Below, piece after piece: positions 41,471-54,128 of a stretch of DNA of 64,000 nt. Position numbers and translations under genes: made by a program. The notes below the pieces were generated by a model. It was not told the origin of the DNA, did not search any database, and saw nothing but the letters and a program-made list of their open reading frames with translations. The stretch is from Carcharhinus amblyrhynchos (Eukaryota), in assembly GCA_965287045.1 (NCBI GenBank), contig OZ336873.1, positions 21,948,001-22,012,000 of the forward strand. The letters are read 5' to 3'. Position 1 is the first letter of the stretch. Every line of letters begins with the position of its first letter.

Positions 41471-43735
41471 CTACAACAAAGTCATTTTTCAGATGCGCAC
41501 ACAACAATAGATAGCAACAACAACTTAACATCAGCAACTCAAATTCTACTGTTCAATTGTAAATCATAGAATTCTACAGTTCCATCAAGCACTTGGTGCA
41601 ATCAATCGCTCAGATAGCAATCCCTAGAACAGAGCATGAAAATAGAAAATTTAACGCAAAGATTAATTTATAGTAGCCCCTTTCATTTATAAAAAATGTT
41701 TTTAATTGGTTAGTTTAGCTATATTTGTGACTGAATTAAAAATAAATCCAATAATCAGTCCAGCTCCACATCCCTTCAAGATATCTGCATTCATCTATTT
41801 CAGGTCTTGAGTAACCACTGTGCCCATCTTGGAAAAAAAAGTTGACACTAAGCTTCATTAAAAATCACACAAATAATGGATTTCATAAAAATTCCTCTAC
41901 ATTCCTAAAACAGGTTGAATTATTCAAGTTGAAGTGACAAGCAGCAGATGGCAAGAGAGGCTGAAAATCATTCTAGTTGGCAAAATCATTTTGAAAGAAA
42001 ACTGCTTCTGTCCAGTTGCTAACTTCATTGATACGGGGCACAAAAATGTTTTCTGTCAAAGATTTCAAATGAAAAATTACACATTAGGACAAATATAACA
42101 GAAGGCAATATTAGAACATGTAATGGATTCTAAAAAATCTTCCCACCTACGAACAAACTGAAATGCCATTTTCACAGAGAAGTATCCACTCAATGTCACC
42201 ACTGTTATCTGATCTCTTTAATAAATAAAGAATGCCCATCTTAAAAACAGGAGGATGAAAAACACCTAGCGATAGGTCACCTAAAAGCTGTTTTAGTATG
42301 TCTCTGATCCACATTCCAACACACTATCACAAACAAGTTATCTTGGATAGTAATTGATTAGTTACATATATTTTCCCGTAAGGAAATAGAAAAACGCGCA
42401 CAAATAAATGCTGTATCTACTCTGCCCCTCAACTTCAACAGGTGAAGGTTTGCTTACATTGGTCAGCTACGGTAAATGCACTTCAAAGTAACTAAATCAA
42501 TACGAAGGGCATTGGGATGCCGTGAACTAGACAATAAGGTTCTATGTAAATCCAAGTTCTTCCCTTTCCTGAAAGGATTGAAGTAGAACATGTACACAAA
42601 CAGTTAATCCGTTCATGTTCCTCTTTCTTGAAAAATGATTACATTGAATATTCAGGAGACTAATGCTGCTCTTGGTAACCCTATAATGTAGTTAGCATTG
42701 GGTAATCTCCACGTGGGAGAAATTGTGGATACAAACCCTCATCTTAGTCCAATCACCAAGTCATTGAGAGGTCACCATTTATTGCAAAAGTAAAGCCTAT
42801 ATGCTTGACTGTGCTGATAGTCATGGAACCTCAATGCCAAAACTTACAGCAGCAACAAAATTACTTCTTCGGGTTTTCAAACCCTTCAGGAAGTAATACC
42901 TCCACTCCACCAATCAAATCTACAACTGTTTGCAGATACACACGAAAGATAAGTGTGTTTTGGGATTTCAGCTGATTAAAGAATAACTCATCCTTGGACT
43001 CATTCGGAAAAATGGAGAACTGCGCCTGAATACATTAACCAATGTAACTTCATAAAAACTTAAAAATTCAGTGAATTATGCTGTGATCACAGCTCTCTGC
43101 AACAATACAATGTACCAGAATTCACAAGTATCGCACATTAGTAACATCTTCAAAGTTAACCTGTAAATGATTCACTTTAAAATGTTCTGACAAAGAGAGC
43201 AGATCTTCAGCCAGTTTAACTGTTCATTAAACTTTCAGACAAAATTATGTCCCCACTTCTCTGGTACAACAAAGCTAATGCAACATCAAGTTATCTTTGA
43301 GGAGGGAAGAACACCAGACCTGCAAGAGACACTCTTCTGGGAGTGGAAATAAAGGGAATGCGAGGCCCAGGGACCTGCCGCCAAAATGTGCGCTCAGTTT
43401 GAAAAGCCAAAAGTGACTCCACAGAAAGGCAGTAAGCTGATTGGTTGGTGAGTAGCTGATATTAGGGACCTTCTGTTAATAGCTGAAATTTAAATAACTA
43501 AATAAGATAACAATGAGGAAACAAAGCGAAGAAGATAAGGGAATAAAGAGAAAGTGAATCTAAGAGCAGAGCAAGGTGGATAAAAGCCTGTAAGAAAGAG
43601 CAGAATGCAAGTTTACATCTCATAAGGAAATCTAGACAGCTGTTTGGGTGAATGCCATTGGGGAGGTATTTACTACTACTATTGGTTATAATTAAGATAT
43701 CATTCTGTGTTTCATTGCAAGAAATGACCAGGTCA

Positions 43736-44682
43736 TAAATGACCTGGATGACGAAGTGGAGGGATGGGTTAGTAAGTTCGCTGATGATACAAAGGTTGGT
43801 GGTGTTGTGGATAGTCTGGAGGGATGTCAGAAATTGCAGTGTGACATAGCTAGGATGCAAGACTGGGCGGAGAAGTGGCAGATGGACTTCAACACAGATA
43901 AATGTGCAGTGGTCCATTTTGGCAGGACCAATGGGATGAAGGAAGGCAATATCAAGGGTAGGACTCTTAGCTGTATTGAACAGCAGAAGGATCTTGGGGT
44001 CCGGGTCCAGAGGACTCTTAAATCGGCCTCGCAGGTGGAGGATATGGTCAAGAAGGCATATGGTGTACTGGCCTTCATTAATCGAGGGACTGAGTTTAGG
44101 AGTCGGGAGGTAATGCTGCAACTTTATAAGACCCTTGTCAGACCCCACTTGGAGTATTGTGCGCAGTTCTGGTCACCTCACTGCAGGAAGGATGTGGAAG
44201 CTATTGAGAGGGAGCAGAGGAGATTTCCAAGGATGTTGCCTGGATTGGGAGGCATGCCTTATGAGGATAGGTTGAGGGAGCTAGGGCTCTTCTGCCTGGA
44301 GAGACGAAGGTTGAGAGGCGACCTGATAGAGGTTTATAAAATGTTGACAGAAATAGATAGGATGGATTCTCGGAGGCTATTTCCCAGGGCTGAAATGGTC
44401 GCTACGAGAGGACACAGGTTTAAGGTACTGGGAAGCAAGTACAGAGGAGATGTTAGGGTAAGTTTTTCACTCAGGGGGTGGTGAGTGAGTGGAGTCAGCT
44501 GCCGTCAGTGGTGGTAGAGGCGAACTCGCTGGGGTCTTTTAAAAGACTTCTGGATGAGTATATGGGATCTAATGGGATTGGGAGTTACAGATAGTTCTAT
44601 GGCTTGGTAGGTGTGGATGTGATTGGCGCAACTTGTGGGCCGAAGGGCCTGTTTGTGCTGTAGTGTTCTGTGTTCTATGTTA
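43736..44682 (+). mobile_element. Young 5'-truncated CR1 LINE, same subfamily as 31775-32672
   Basis: 242-aa ORF SKFADDTKVGG...; 3' tail nearly identical to the other copy. Confidence 0.92.
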
Positions 44683-45141
44683 AATATATTCCATAATAAC
44701 AAAGAATGGAGAAGGAGGAGTCTAGTTGATATTGTTTGATGTTAAAAGGATCAATTTAATTTAAAGGGATAAGGCGTGGCAGGAGAGCTCCAAAAATGCA
44801 GTCTGTTATTTTGTTCCATGTGGGAGACCAAGAACACTTCCAGTTTCTGGATCAGCATATGTACAAGAAGTGTCTCCGGCTGCTTGGGGCTATCTATTTA
44901 AAATGTTGAGATGCCTTCACGCTAAATCATGATTTTGTGTGTGGAGACACCTTTTATCATCCTTGATAAGATGTGCATCGTGGCTGAAAAGAACTGACTA
45001 AACAACCAAGAAGAATGACATTCATCATCCTCCCCCTCTTTTTGAAAGGGCGGATGCTTGGAAATAAGTTTTGGATAAACAATGCAGGCAATAACAGGGG
45101 AAAACATTCAATTAACATCAATTGTAGTTGTAATGCCGTAC

Positions 45142-45449
45142 CTCTCTTTTTTCCCACCTCTGCCTACTTTGTTGCCACTTTCCTCATCAGAACCCAAGTC
45201 TTCCTTTCCTTCCTCCCAATCTTTATATGATGACACCTTTGATTTCTTCTTTTCTTCTTCTTCTTTCTCTTCCCGCTCTTTTCTTTTCTGAGCAGCCAAT
45301 TTATCAAGCCCTAGCAGTGAGGTCTTTGGTGCTGGTGCACGAAAGATATGCTGGTCATCTGTGGCGCTCTTCTTCTTTATTATTAATCCCCCAGTCTGAT
45401 TGCCAGGGTCACTGCCCTCCAGCCGGTGAATGGAGTCATCATCATTCAT
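45142..45449 (-). CDS. DHX38: DHX38 first coding exon (exon 2; acceptor at 45514)
   Basis: ATG at 45449: MNDDDSIHRLEGSD...GGLIIKKK...SLLGLDKLAAQKRKERE...KVSSYKDWEE; donor AG|gtacgg. Confidence 0.93.
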
Positions 45450-45609
45450 GCTCAATAGCCGCAGCAGGTAATGACCACACCAGTCTGGTTTTGAAAGTTT
45501 TTAAGTAAATGCTCCTAAAAACAGGACAAACAGAACATTATTAATGCAAATCCAGACACTGAATTAGTTCAAGCTTTTATTTATTCGACTGGAATTACAG
45601 ATGATTATT

Positions 45610-45862
45610 TGGGCAGCACAGTGGTTAGCTGCTTCACAATACCAGGGACCCAGGGTTCACACATTCTCCCCATGTGTGGGTTTCCTCCGGGTGCTCCAGT
45701 TTCCTCCCACAGTCCTAGGACGTGCAGGTTAGGTGGCTCGGCCATGCTAAATTGTCCCTTTGTGTCCTAAGAGGCATATGCTAATGGGATTAGCAAGGTA
45801 AATATGAGTTACGGACATAGGACCTGGGTCTAATGGCCTGCACTGTAGAGATTCTATGATTA
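45610..45862 (+). mobile_element. HE1/V-SINE with deletions
   Basis: Head, V-domain and tail gcactgtagagattctatg. Confidence 0.8.
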
Positions 45863-46189
45863 GTTTTTTACACTGCAGTATTAAAGATAGTAACCATAAT
45901 GATTTGTCACCTGGTTATTTTTACCTGATTTTTCAGAGTGTACTTAAAATATATAAAACATAACACCATTGACAGTAAACTGTGATTTAATTCACATGCA
46001 ATCCCAACATAATTCTCTTTTATTCAACTGTACTCACACTTCATGCACATATAATATCCAACTAATCTTTAAATTAGCATGGGGAGGAAATAAATTTTAT
46101 CTATGAACTGATGCTAAATTTGTGACCCTGAAAAATCAATGTAGCAGTTAAGAATGGATATGTTTGTTAAACAACACCCAGTATTTAGC

Positions 46190-46855
46190 ATGATGTCAAG
46201 AAGCAGCCTTGGTGATGTGTGGATACATGGTCAGAAGCTCATCTCGGGGTGAGTGGTTAGCACTGCTGCCTCACAGCACCAGGGATCCAGCAACCTTATG
46301 AACTATCAGTCTCTGCTCTAGACAGTTGACAGGGGTGGCAAGCAAATAGATGATTGCTTCAATCTACTCAACATTCATCTGGAGTAGGTTTCTGCTCCTC
46401 CAGTACTGGATGTTGGACAAGCAGTCAGATCATTTGGACGCACGCAGAGAGGTTGAGAGATGTTGTGAAGTCGAGCTGGATGTCATCAGCACAGTTGTCA
46501 CTGAGGGACAACATGTTAAAAAATAGAAGGGGACCACACACAGAACGGGGGCGGGGGGGTACCAGAACTAAGAGTACAGAGGTACAAAGAGAAGCTATTG
46601 CTGGTGGTGCTCTAGTTTCAATTAGACTGATAGAAGTGAAACCAGGTGAAAGCAGTGCTATCCAGCTGGACAACAGTGAAGAGGGGTTGGAAGAAGATGA
46701 TGTGAACAATGATGTCAAAAGCTGCAGGCTTGTCATGAATGGCGAGGAGGGAAAGCGCATCTCTATCACAGCAGCCAAGCTGCTGCGGCACTGTGGCCGG
46801 GGCAGAAATCTGATTGGAGAGATTCAATTATTGCGTTCCAGGAAAAATGGGTACA
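46190..46855 (-). mobile_element. L2-like LINE relic
   Basis: AAFDII.H, WFHFY, GPLLF and ADDIQL motifs across frames. Confidence 0.6.
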
Positions 46856-46859
46856 AAGA

Positions 46860-47296
46860 TTTGGGAGGTCTGTCATATGAGGACAGGCTAAGTCACTTAT
46901 ATTCACTGGAGTTTAGAAGAGTGAGAGAGGATCTCTTAGAAACTTATAAAATTATAACAGGGTTAGACAGGGTAGATTCAGAAAGAATGTTTCCGATGAT
47001 GGGGAGTCCAGAACTCAGGGTCATAGTTTGATGATAAGGGGTAAATATTTTAGAACTGAGGTGAGGAGGAATTTCTTCACCCAGGGAATGGTGAACGTGT
47101 GGAATTCACCACCACACAAAGTGGTCTCATTTCAAGATCAAATTAGATATAGTTCTTGGGGCTAAAAGGATCAAGGGTTATGGAGAGGAAGGGGGGCGGA
47201 TCAGGATATTGAATTTGATGATCAGCCATTATGATAATGAATTGCGGAGCGGGCTCAAAGGGCCAAATGGCCTTCTCCCGCTTCTAGTTTCTATGG
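46860..47296 (+). mobile_element. CR1 3' fragment
   Basis: LSYEDRL..LYSLEFRRVREDLLETYK plus tail. Confidence 0.85.
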
Positions 47297-47449
47297 AAGT
47301 GACAGGCAGCTCAGCTCAGCTCAGTAAAATTCAGCGCAGTTCAGGATCAGAGCGCACTTGCTGCCTGGGGATTGGGGATGAGTAATTGTGTGTGTGTGTG
47401 GTTAAACAGCTAGCGTGACCATTTCTCACACTGACACAGCCCCCATTAC

Positions 47450-47650
47450 CTGTCTGTGAAGTTAAAGCTCCCTCACAAATAGCAACACCTGCTGCGCCCT
47501 CTCACATCAACGCTGAATTCAAATAAAACAACAACACCGGCTGTCCCTCCAGCCCGGCGCTGCCGCTGTCCAACAGCCTCGGCTCACAACCCTGCTTCAG
47601 CCATTCGGCCTCGTTGCCCTCACCAACATGGCCGCCGTGTCGCTGGTGGC
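47450..47650 (-). other. DHX38: Probable non-coding exon 1 of DHX38
   Basis: Donor CAG|GTAATG at 47450 at the edge of the CpG island; exon 2 has an acceptor upstream of its ATG. TSS is unknown, and a weaker donor TG|GTGAGG exists at 47624. Confidence 0.55.
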
Positions 47651-47900
47651 TGATGTCACTTCCTGTGCCGCGGCCGTTGCCGGGAGGTGGTCGGAAATGA
47701 TGTCGCGGCGCGTTCGAACCGTTTCCGGTGTGTGTGTGTGTTTCCCTCCCCTTCCCCTCTCTCTCTGGCGGCCGCGGCGACTCGGAGATAATGCCGGATC
47801 CTGTGGTGGAGAAGGTGGTGGTTCACCCGCTGGTGCTGCTGAGCGTCGTGGATCATTTTAACAGGTAAAAGGGGAGAGCCGGGTTGGGGTTCGATGTGCG
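47530..47900. promoter_or_regulatory. CpG-island bidirectional promoter shared by DHX38 and PSMD7
   Basis: CpG-dense non-repeat segment between divergent genes. YY1-like CAACATGGCCGCC at 47624-47636; ETS cores ACTTCCTGT 47658-47666, CGGAAAT 47692-47698, TTTCCGGT 47722-47729; no TATA box. Confidence 0.85.
47791..47864 (+). CDS. PSMD7: PSMD7 exon 1
   Basis: [25 protein letters not shown] |gtaaaa. Confidence 0.96.
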
Positions 47901-48409
47901 TGTGTGTGTGTGTGTCTGGGATTGGCTTGAGCCGCTGGAAGGCAGGGCCTGTGGCCTCCCCTCCACACTAACTCACTCTCACACACAGTGACTGGCTGGA
48001 GTTATAGCCGCCGCCAGTGCTGCTGAGTCACACCAGCAGCTCCTTCTATAACACTGACCCCCCAACTGTCACCTCCTCCTCCTCAGTTTCCATCTGGATT
48101 TACCATCTCTCAGCCTTGATCCCTTACCCCCCCCCCCGCCCCCACCCTTTACAAACTAATCAATTGAAGTTGATGCTGCCGACTAGATTTAACTTTTATA
48201 TGATTTATTTAGCTGTCAATATCGGTTACAGTTGACTAGGTGCCAGGAAGAAAGTAGAATTCATTACCCTGATTTTTTTTAAAAAGCTGCAAATTAAACC
48301 TTAGCCTGTATGTTGAGATCTTTTAGCAGGAACTGGAGACGAAGGCTGTGTAATAAAGGCCGCGTTTTCCTTTTTGAAAAGGGGGTAACAAATCATCATC
48401 AGGTACTGC

Positions 48410-48735
48410 TTTGAAACACAGGAAACGAAGATGAGCTTGTTCAGACCCTCTAGCCTGGCCTGGCATCCGTTTGCATCTGTAACTTGATTCCATCTATTCA
48501 CCTTGTAATCCATAACTGGTAACCTGTCAACCGCAGTTTTGAAATATTCAATTGATGCAGCCTCCATAGCTTTTTGGGAGAGCGAGTTCCAGATTTCCAT
48601 GACTTTCTGTGTGAAAGAGAGCTTCCTTCCATTTGCTGAATGGCATAGCTCTAATTTTTCAAGGTTGTGATGCCTTGTTCTAAACTCCTCCATACCAGAG
48701 GAAATAGTGCCCTTCTATTTAGCTTATCAAATTTC
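48410..48735 (-). mobile_element. CR1 3' fragment
   Basis: FTQKVMEIWNSLSQKAMEA. Confidence 0.7.
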
Positions 48736-50159
48736 CAAATACTTGTCATTTTGTTGTGAATCTGCAACTAAGTATATATTTGTGCCACTGTGTTTTTGTA
48801 ACTGGTGATAATTATGTAATTAATTTTAAATGCTAAAGAGACCCATACTCTACACCTTTGAACATGGAGTTCTTGAGATGAATAGTGTATGCATTTGAGG
48901 GATATGCTGATATGGTTAGATAAAGTGTGTGCATGGAAGCCTTGTGGAGCATAAAAACTGGCATAGACTAGTTGACTGGAACAGTTTAAGTGAGAATCTA
49001 ATGGAGAGTATCCTGAATATGATGTTTGCATTCAGCTTGCCTGTGCCTCAGTTTTTGCATGTTCGAAATGAAATTGGATTTTCTCCACTTGTCTTTATCA
49101 GTCTACTTATTTTCCTTACATTTTAAAACTTAAACCCTCAAAAATATAGAGTTTAAATTGAGCCATAAATAAACTTGTGTTATTTCTGAGCAGCATGAAA
49201 TCCTAATAATCTCTGCTGTTTAATGTGATATATGCAAAATTAGACATTGTGTTGGTTGATAGACCAAAAAAGCACAGGCTATTTTGTGTCAGAAATTCAT
49301 CCACTGTGTATTTTAGTGCTGTGACATGAGTAAACAGCAAGTAAAACATGAATGCGAGTTTTTTATCTAAGACAAATACCAATTTTTATAACATTCAATG
49401 TTATCAATTTTCTATACAAATGCTAATTTATCATACTGTATCTTCAAATTGTGTGTCCATATACTACTACACACTATAAACACTATATTCACTAATTTAG
49501 CATTGTGTTGAAATTTCTGAGATCACCATGAACTCCCCTTTCTGCTAATGAAAATTGATGTGATCCAGAGAAATATTAATGATCAAAATCAGAAAATAAG
49601 GATCATTACAATGTATAAATTAAATCATTATTTTACCATGGATTAGGAAAATTGAAAAAAGTCACCATCATTTGTGTATCAGTTCTCGTGAAAACGATTT
49701 TTGATTCACTCCCCACACATTTCCATTGTTGGAATGTGAAGGAGACTCATGTATTTCCAGAGGGATGGTGGTTTTGATACATGCCTGTTTTCAATAAGTA
49801 ATTCATTACGTTGCCTCCAAGCCAAAAAAAAGCTCATCATAAATGCTAATCTGGCTAAATATTTAGCTGTACCGCCCAAGTGTTAAGCATCTGGGTGAAC
49901 TGCAGACTAGAAGGATTGCACACAAGAAACAGAAAATGTTTATTCCTTTGATTTGCTTTTTCTCCCAACCACATTTTTGTATCCTGACATTTCCCTTACA
50001 TTTTTAAATAATAACCATATTAGCCATATGTATTGCCATTTTTCATTCTTTTTTGACAAATGTTCATTTTTATACTCAATTTCAACTAAGGTGATGTACA
50101 TGCCAAAGCTTTGGATGGTGAACCTAACCTGGAATTTTAGGTGCAATATCAATTTGTTG

Positions 50160-50435
50160 CCCCAATAGTAAATGAGATGATTTACTGAATAGGCTGTTTT
50201 AGGTGGTGCTGATTAATGGAAACCAGGAGAGCTCCTAACTCTTGGAATAACATTTGAGACTTTTTTTTATGTCCAACTGAATAGGTAGTCTGAGCTTTGA
50301 TATAGCATCTGGTGTGAAAAGTAGTGTCTCAGGTGGAACACTGCATTGTTGAAATTGTAAAGTCTCAGAGTGGAACTGGAATTCATAATTTTCTGACTTG
50401 GAGGGGTGAATACTGCCAACATAGCCAAGCTGAGA
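50160..50435 (-). mobile_element. Old Deu-domain SINE (SacSINE1/AmnSINE-like) relic
   Basis: Degenerate tRNA head and Deu-like core, recognised by eye. Confidence 0.4.
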
Positions 50436-50884
50436 GTTATTGCAGTAATTTATGATGGGGACAACAAACTTAAAATGCTTTTGACTTGCACAATGAAAAG
50501 CAGATATGTTCCTTTGTTGAAAATGCATGTGTCAAGGAGTTGGGGATAGTGACATAAATAGCAGCAAGTTCAATCGTGCCCAAAATATCAGTGGACATGT
50601 GCTTATCTGTTAAGGTAAAGTGGCTAGACATAATTGCTAGTATATGACAGATCTAAATAAAACTATTATTTTAACTAATCAGACTTATCAAGTGCTGATT
50701 CCTTTTAAAGGACTAATTCTGACTTCTTTAAAATTATTACTATCATCTTTGCCACCCTCTCATGCTAAAGTGTATGTGTCACTGCCCCTAGCATTATAAT
50801 TAATATTTTCATTATATTAAAGAAAAAAGACGTTCACGCTTGAGGAAGGAAAATATTTTTTGAAGAACTTTCTTTGGAACATCT

Positions 50885-51320
50885 TGATTTGATTTATTAT
50901 TGTCGCATGTATTAGATTACAGCGAAAAGTATTGTTTCTTGCATGCTATACAGACAGCATACTGTTCATTAAGAAGGAAAAGAGAGGGTGCAAAATGTAG
51001 TGTTACAGTCATTGCCAAGGTGTAAAGAAAGATAAACTTAATGTGAGGTAGGTCCTTTCAAAAGTCTGACAGCAGCAGGGAAGAAGCTGTTCTCGAGTCG
51101 GTTGGTATATGACCTCAGACTTTTGTATTTTTTTTCTCGAAAGAAGAAGGTGGAAGAGAGAATGTCCAGGGTACGTGGGGTCCTTAATTATGCTGGCTGC
51201 TTCTCCGAGGCAGCAGGAAGGGAAGACAGAGTCAGTGGATGGGAGGCTGGTTTGCGTGATGGATTGGGTTGTAGTTTCTTGCGGTCTTGGGCAGAGCAGG
51301 AGCCATACTAAGCTGTGTGG
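50885..51320 (-). mobile_element. Rex1/Babar 3' end
   Basis: Reverse complement of the NSFFPAAVRLL region and 3' UTR, as at 40400-40630. Confidence 0.8.
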
Positions 51321-51400
51321 GAGTTTTTAATTATTGTTTTTTTTTACAGAGCTCATTGCATTGCTTCTCAAGATAATTATTGAATTATTCATTGTGATAA

Positions 51401-51559
<159 letters not shown>

Positions 51560-51827
51560 TGATTAATTATTGAATATGAATTGTTTATAATATGAAAAGG
51601 TATGTTATAATCTTCAGTGAAGATCTACCACTTAGGACTGACCAGATGGGAAGTTTAGTTCCATGAAATTTTGAAGTAATAATTATTGCTCTGAACTGTC
51701 AATCTGGACGCTATAAATCCAGTATAAATCTCAGTTTTGAAAAACAAATAATGCAAAATGTTTTGTTTTAATTGTTTATATTGTTATGTGTAAAGCAGTA
51801 ATCTGTTCTATTATTTAAGTAGCCTCA

Positions 51828-52535
51828 ATTTGATTTATTATTGTCACATATATTAATATACATGTTTCTTGCACTACACAAAGCATACCATACATAAAGA
51901 AGTAAAGTGCAGAATGTAGTGTTACAGTCATAGCTAGGGTGTAGAGAAAAATCAACTTAATGCATGGTAGGTCCTTTTAAAAGTCTGAAGGCAGCAGGGA
52001 AGAAGCTGTTCTTGAGTCAGTTGATACTTGTCATCAGACTTTTGTATCTTTTTCCTGATGGAAAAAGGTGAAGGAGAGTATGTCAAAGATGCATGGGTCC
52101 TTGATTATACTAGCTGTTTTTCCAAGGTAGCAGGAAGCAGAGTCAGTGGATAGGAAGCTGGTTTGAGTAATGGACTGGGCTTTGTTCACAACCCATTGGA
52201 GTTTTTTGCAATCTCAGATGGAGCAGAAGCCATACCAAATTGCAATACAACCTCAAAGAATGCTTTCTATGGTGCATCTGGAAACGTTGGTGAGAATTTC
52301 CTCAGTCTTCTGAGAAAATAGAGGCGTCTGCACGGAGGGACCAGGACAGGTTTTTGGTGATCTGGACACCTAGAAACATGAAGCTTTCGACCATTTCCAC
52401 TTCGTCCCTATTGATGTAGACAGAGGCGTGTCCTCCACTATGCTTCCTGAAGTCAATGACTCTCTTTTGTTGACATTGAGGGAGAGAATATTATCATCAC
52501 ACCAGTTTAGCAGATTCTCTATCTCTTTCCTGTAC
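51828..52535 (-). mobile_element. Rex1/Babar 3' end (second copy)
   Basis: Direct repeat of 50885-51320, extending further 5'. Confidence 0.8.
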
Positions 52536-53125
52536 TTGTTCAAAATATCATTTTTCTGAGACTCCTGATTTTATTGAATTATTTTTGTAGATTTGTTTAG
52601 CTACACTTGAGTTGTAATAAATTCTTCTGTAGCATTACGAATAGGATGGGAATAGAGGGATATGGTCCCTGTAAGGGGGTTTTAGCTGAGTCAGGCAGCG
52701 TGGTCGGTGCAGGCTTGGAGGGCTGAAGGGCCTGTTCCTGTGCTGCAATTTTCTTCTTTGTTCTTCTTTTCTTCTTTAGTTATGGATTATTATGTGCATT
52801 ATTACATTTTACAGAAATGAGGCAACCTTTTCAAAGGCACTAGTGTAACTAAATATTCTGTTGGCTGAGCACAAGCCCTTCATGGCCAATTATTGCATCT
52901 TGAACAAAATCAATTTTGATAAACATTGATAATGAGTGAGAACATTCTATACATGTTTTAAATGATCAGCATTTGTAATTTGAATTCATTTTTGGGTTGA
53001 AAAGTAAAACCTGGTTATCTTTTCAACATTGTTGTCAAAAAGGAAAGGAAATCTCTGACTAATATGATTAAAATAGTATTAGAGATGTCTAACATTTTAC
53101 CTTTTGATGTTCTTTTCCTTGTTAG

Positions 53126-53218
53126 TTCCTTTCGATGAAGATGAAAAAGATGATTCAGTCTGGTTTCTGGATCATGATTACTTGGAAAATATGTATGGGA
53201 TGTTTAAGAAAGTGAATG
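53126..53218 (+). CDS. PSMD7: PSMD7 exon 3
   Basis: tag| [31 protein letters not shown] |gtaaga. Confidence 0.96.
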
Positions 53219-53304
53219 GTAAGATTGCTTCAACAATATCTCAGGCTGAAGTTAAGCTCAGATTGTATCTACTGGACGCTGTTTTATTTTAACTGAGTGG
53301 CTTT

Positions 53305-53525
53305 ATAATGGATTGCTTCTTAAATCTGTGAGTTCCTGATCAGGCGGTAGAAGTTGGGTCCGTGAATATTTTTGAGGCAGGGGTCGATAGATTCTTGTTA
53401 GGCAAGGGAACCAAAGGTTATTCGGGGTAGATAAGACTGAAACTCAACACAAACAGAGCAGCCATGATCTTATTGAATGGCAGAGCAGGCTTAAGGGGCC
53501 AAATGGCCTACTTTTGCCTATTTTG
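53305..53525 (+). mobile_element. CR1 3' fragment
   Basis: Tail cagccatgatcttattgaatggcagagcaggc. Confidence 0.75.
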
Positions 53526-53975
53526 TCCGTGCATATACTTTGATGAGATGAGTGGGTGAGGCCTACGCCCTAAGGAGAAGGGAATGGAGCATTTGCTAAT
53601 TTGCTTCAACAAATGGAAGATACCAACTGCAATACAGTTGTATATTTCCTTTTGTAGTCAGTTTGAGTGACAAAGATCAGGTTCTTTTTCTGCACACTGG
53701 ATGTCAAATTAGACAAAATAAATTTAAAATGAGAAATGAAATGAGCATTAAACATGATTCTCCTGTTTCAAACCTGAAATTATTTCAGGAAAATATATAA
53801 GTGTAGTATAAAAACATCTTGTCATGTTCAGTACTGAAGCTTGTAGTGGAGGTACATAAATTTCATCTCTTGACTATCATGAATATCAGGGTTAGGCTTT
53901 GGAAGGAATAGATTGAATGCAGTGTCATTCATGTTGTGCTGTATAATCAATGTGATGGGTCTAATGATTGTCTAA

Positions 53976-54128
<153 letters not shown>

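Noticed and set aside
43756-44484. 242-aa RT ORF as an active or domesticated gene
   Set aside because: A 5'-truncated CR1 with no endonuclease or promoter, frameshifted at the C-terminus.
45450-45455. ORF-track start 'MS' for DHX38
   Set aside because: It is a TTG codon; the first in-frame ATG is at 45449.
46354-47031. 225-aa ORF near the promoter as a third gene
   Set aside because: A chance read-through from an antisense L2 relic into a CR1 fragment.
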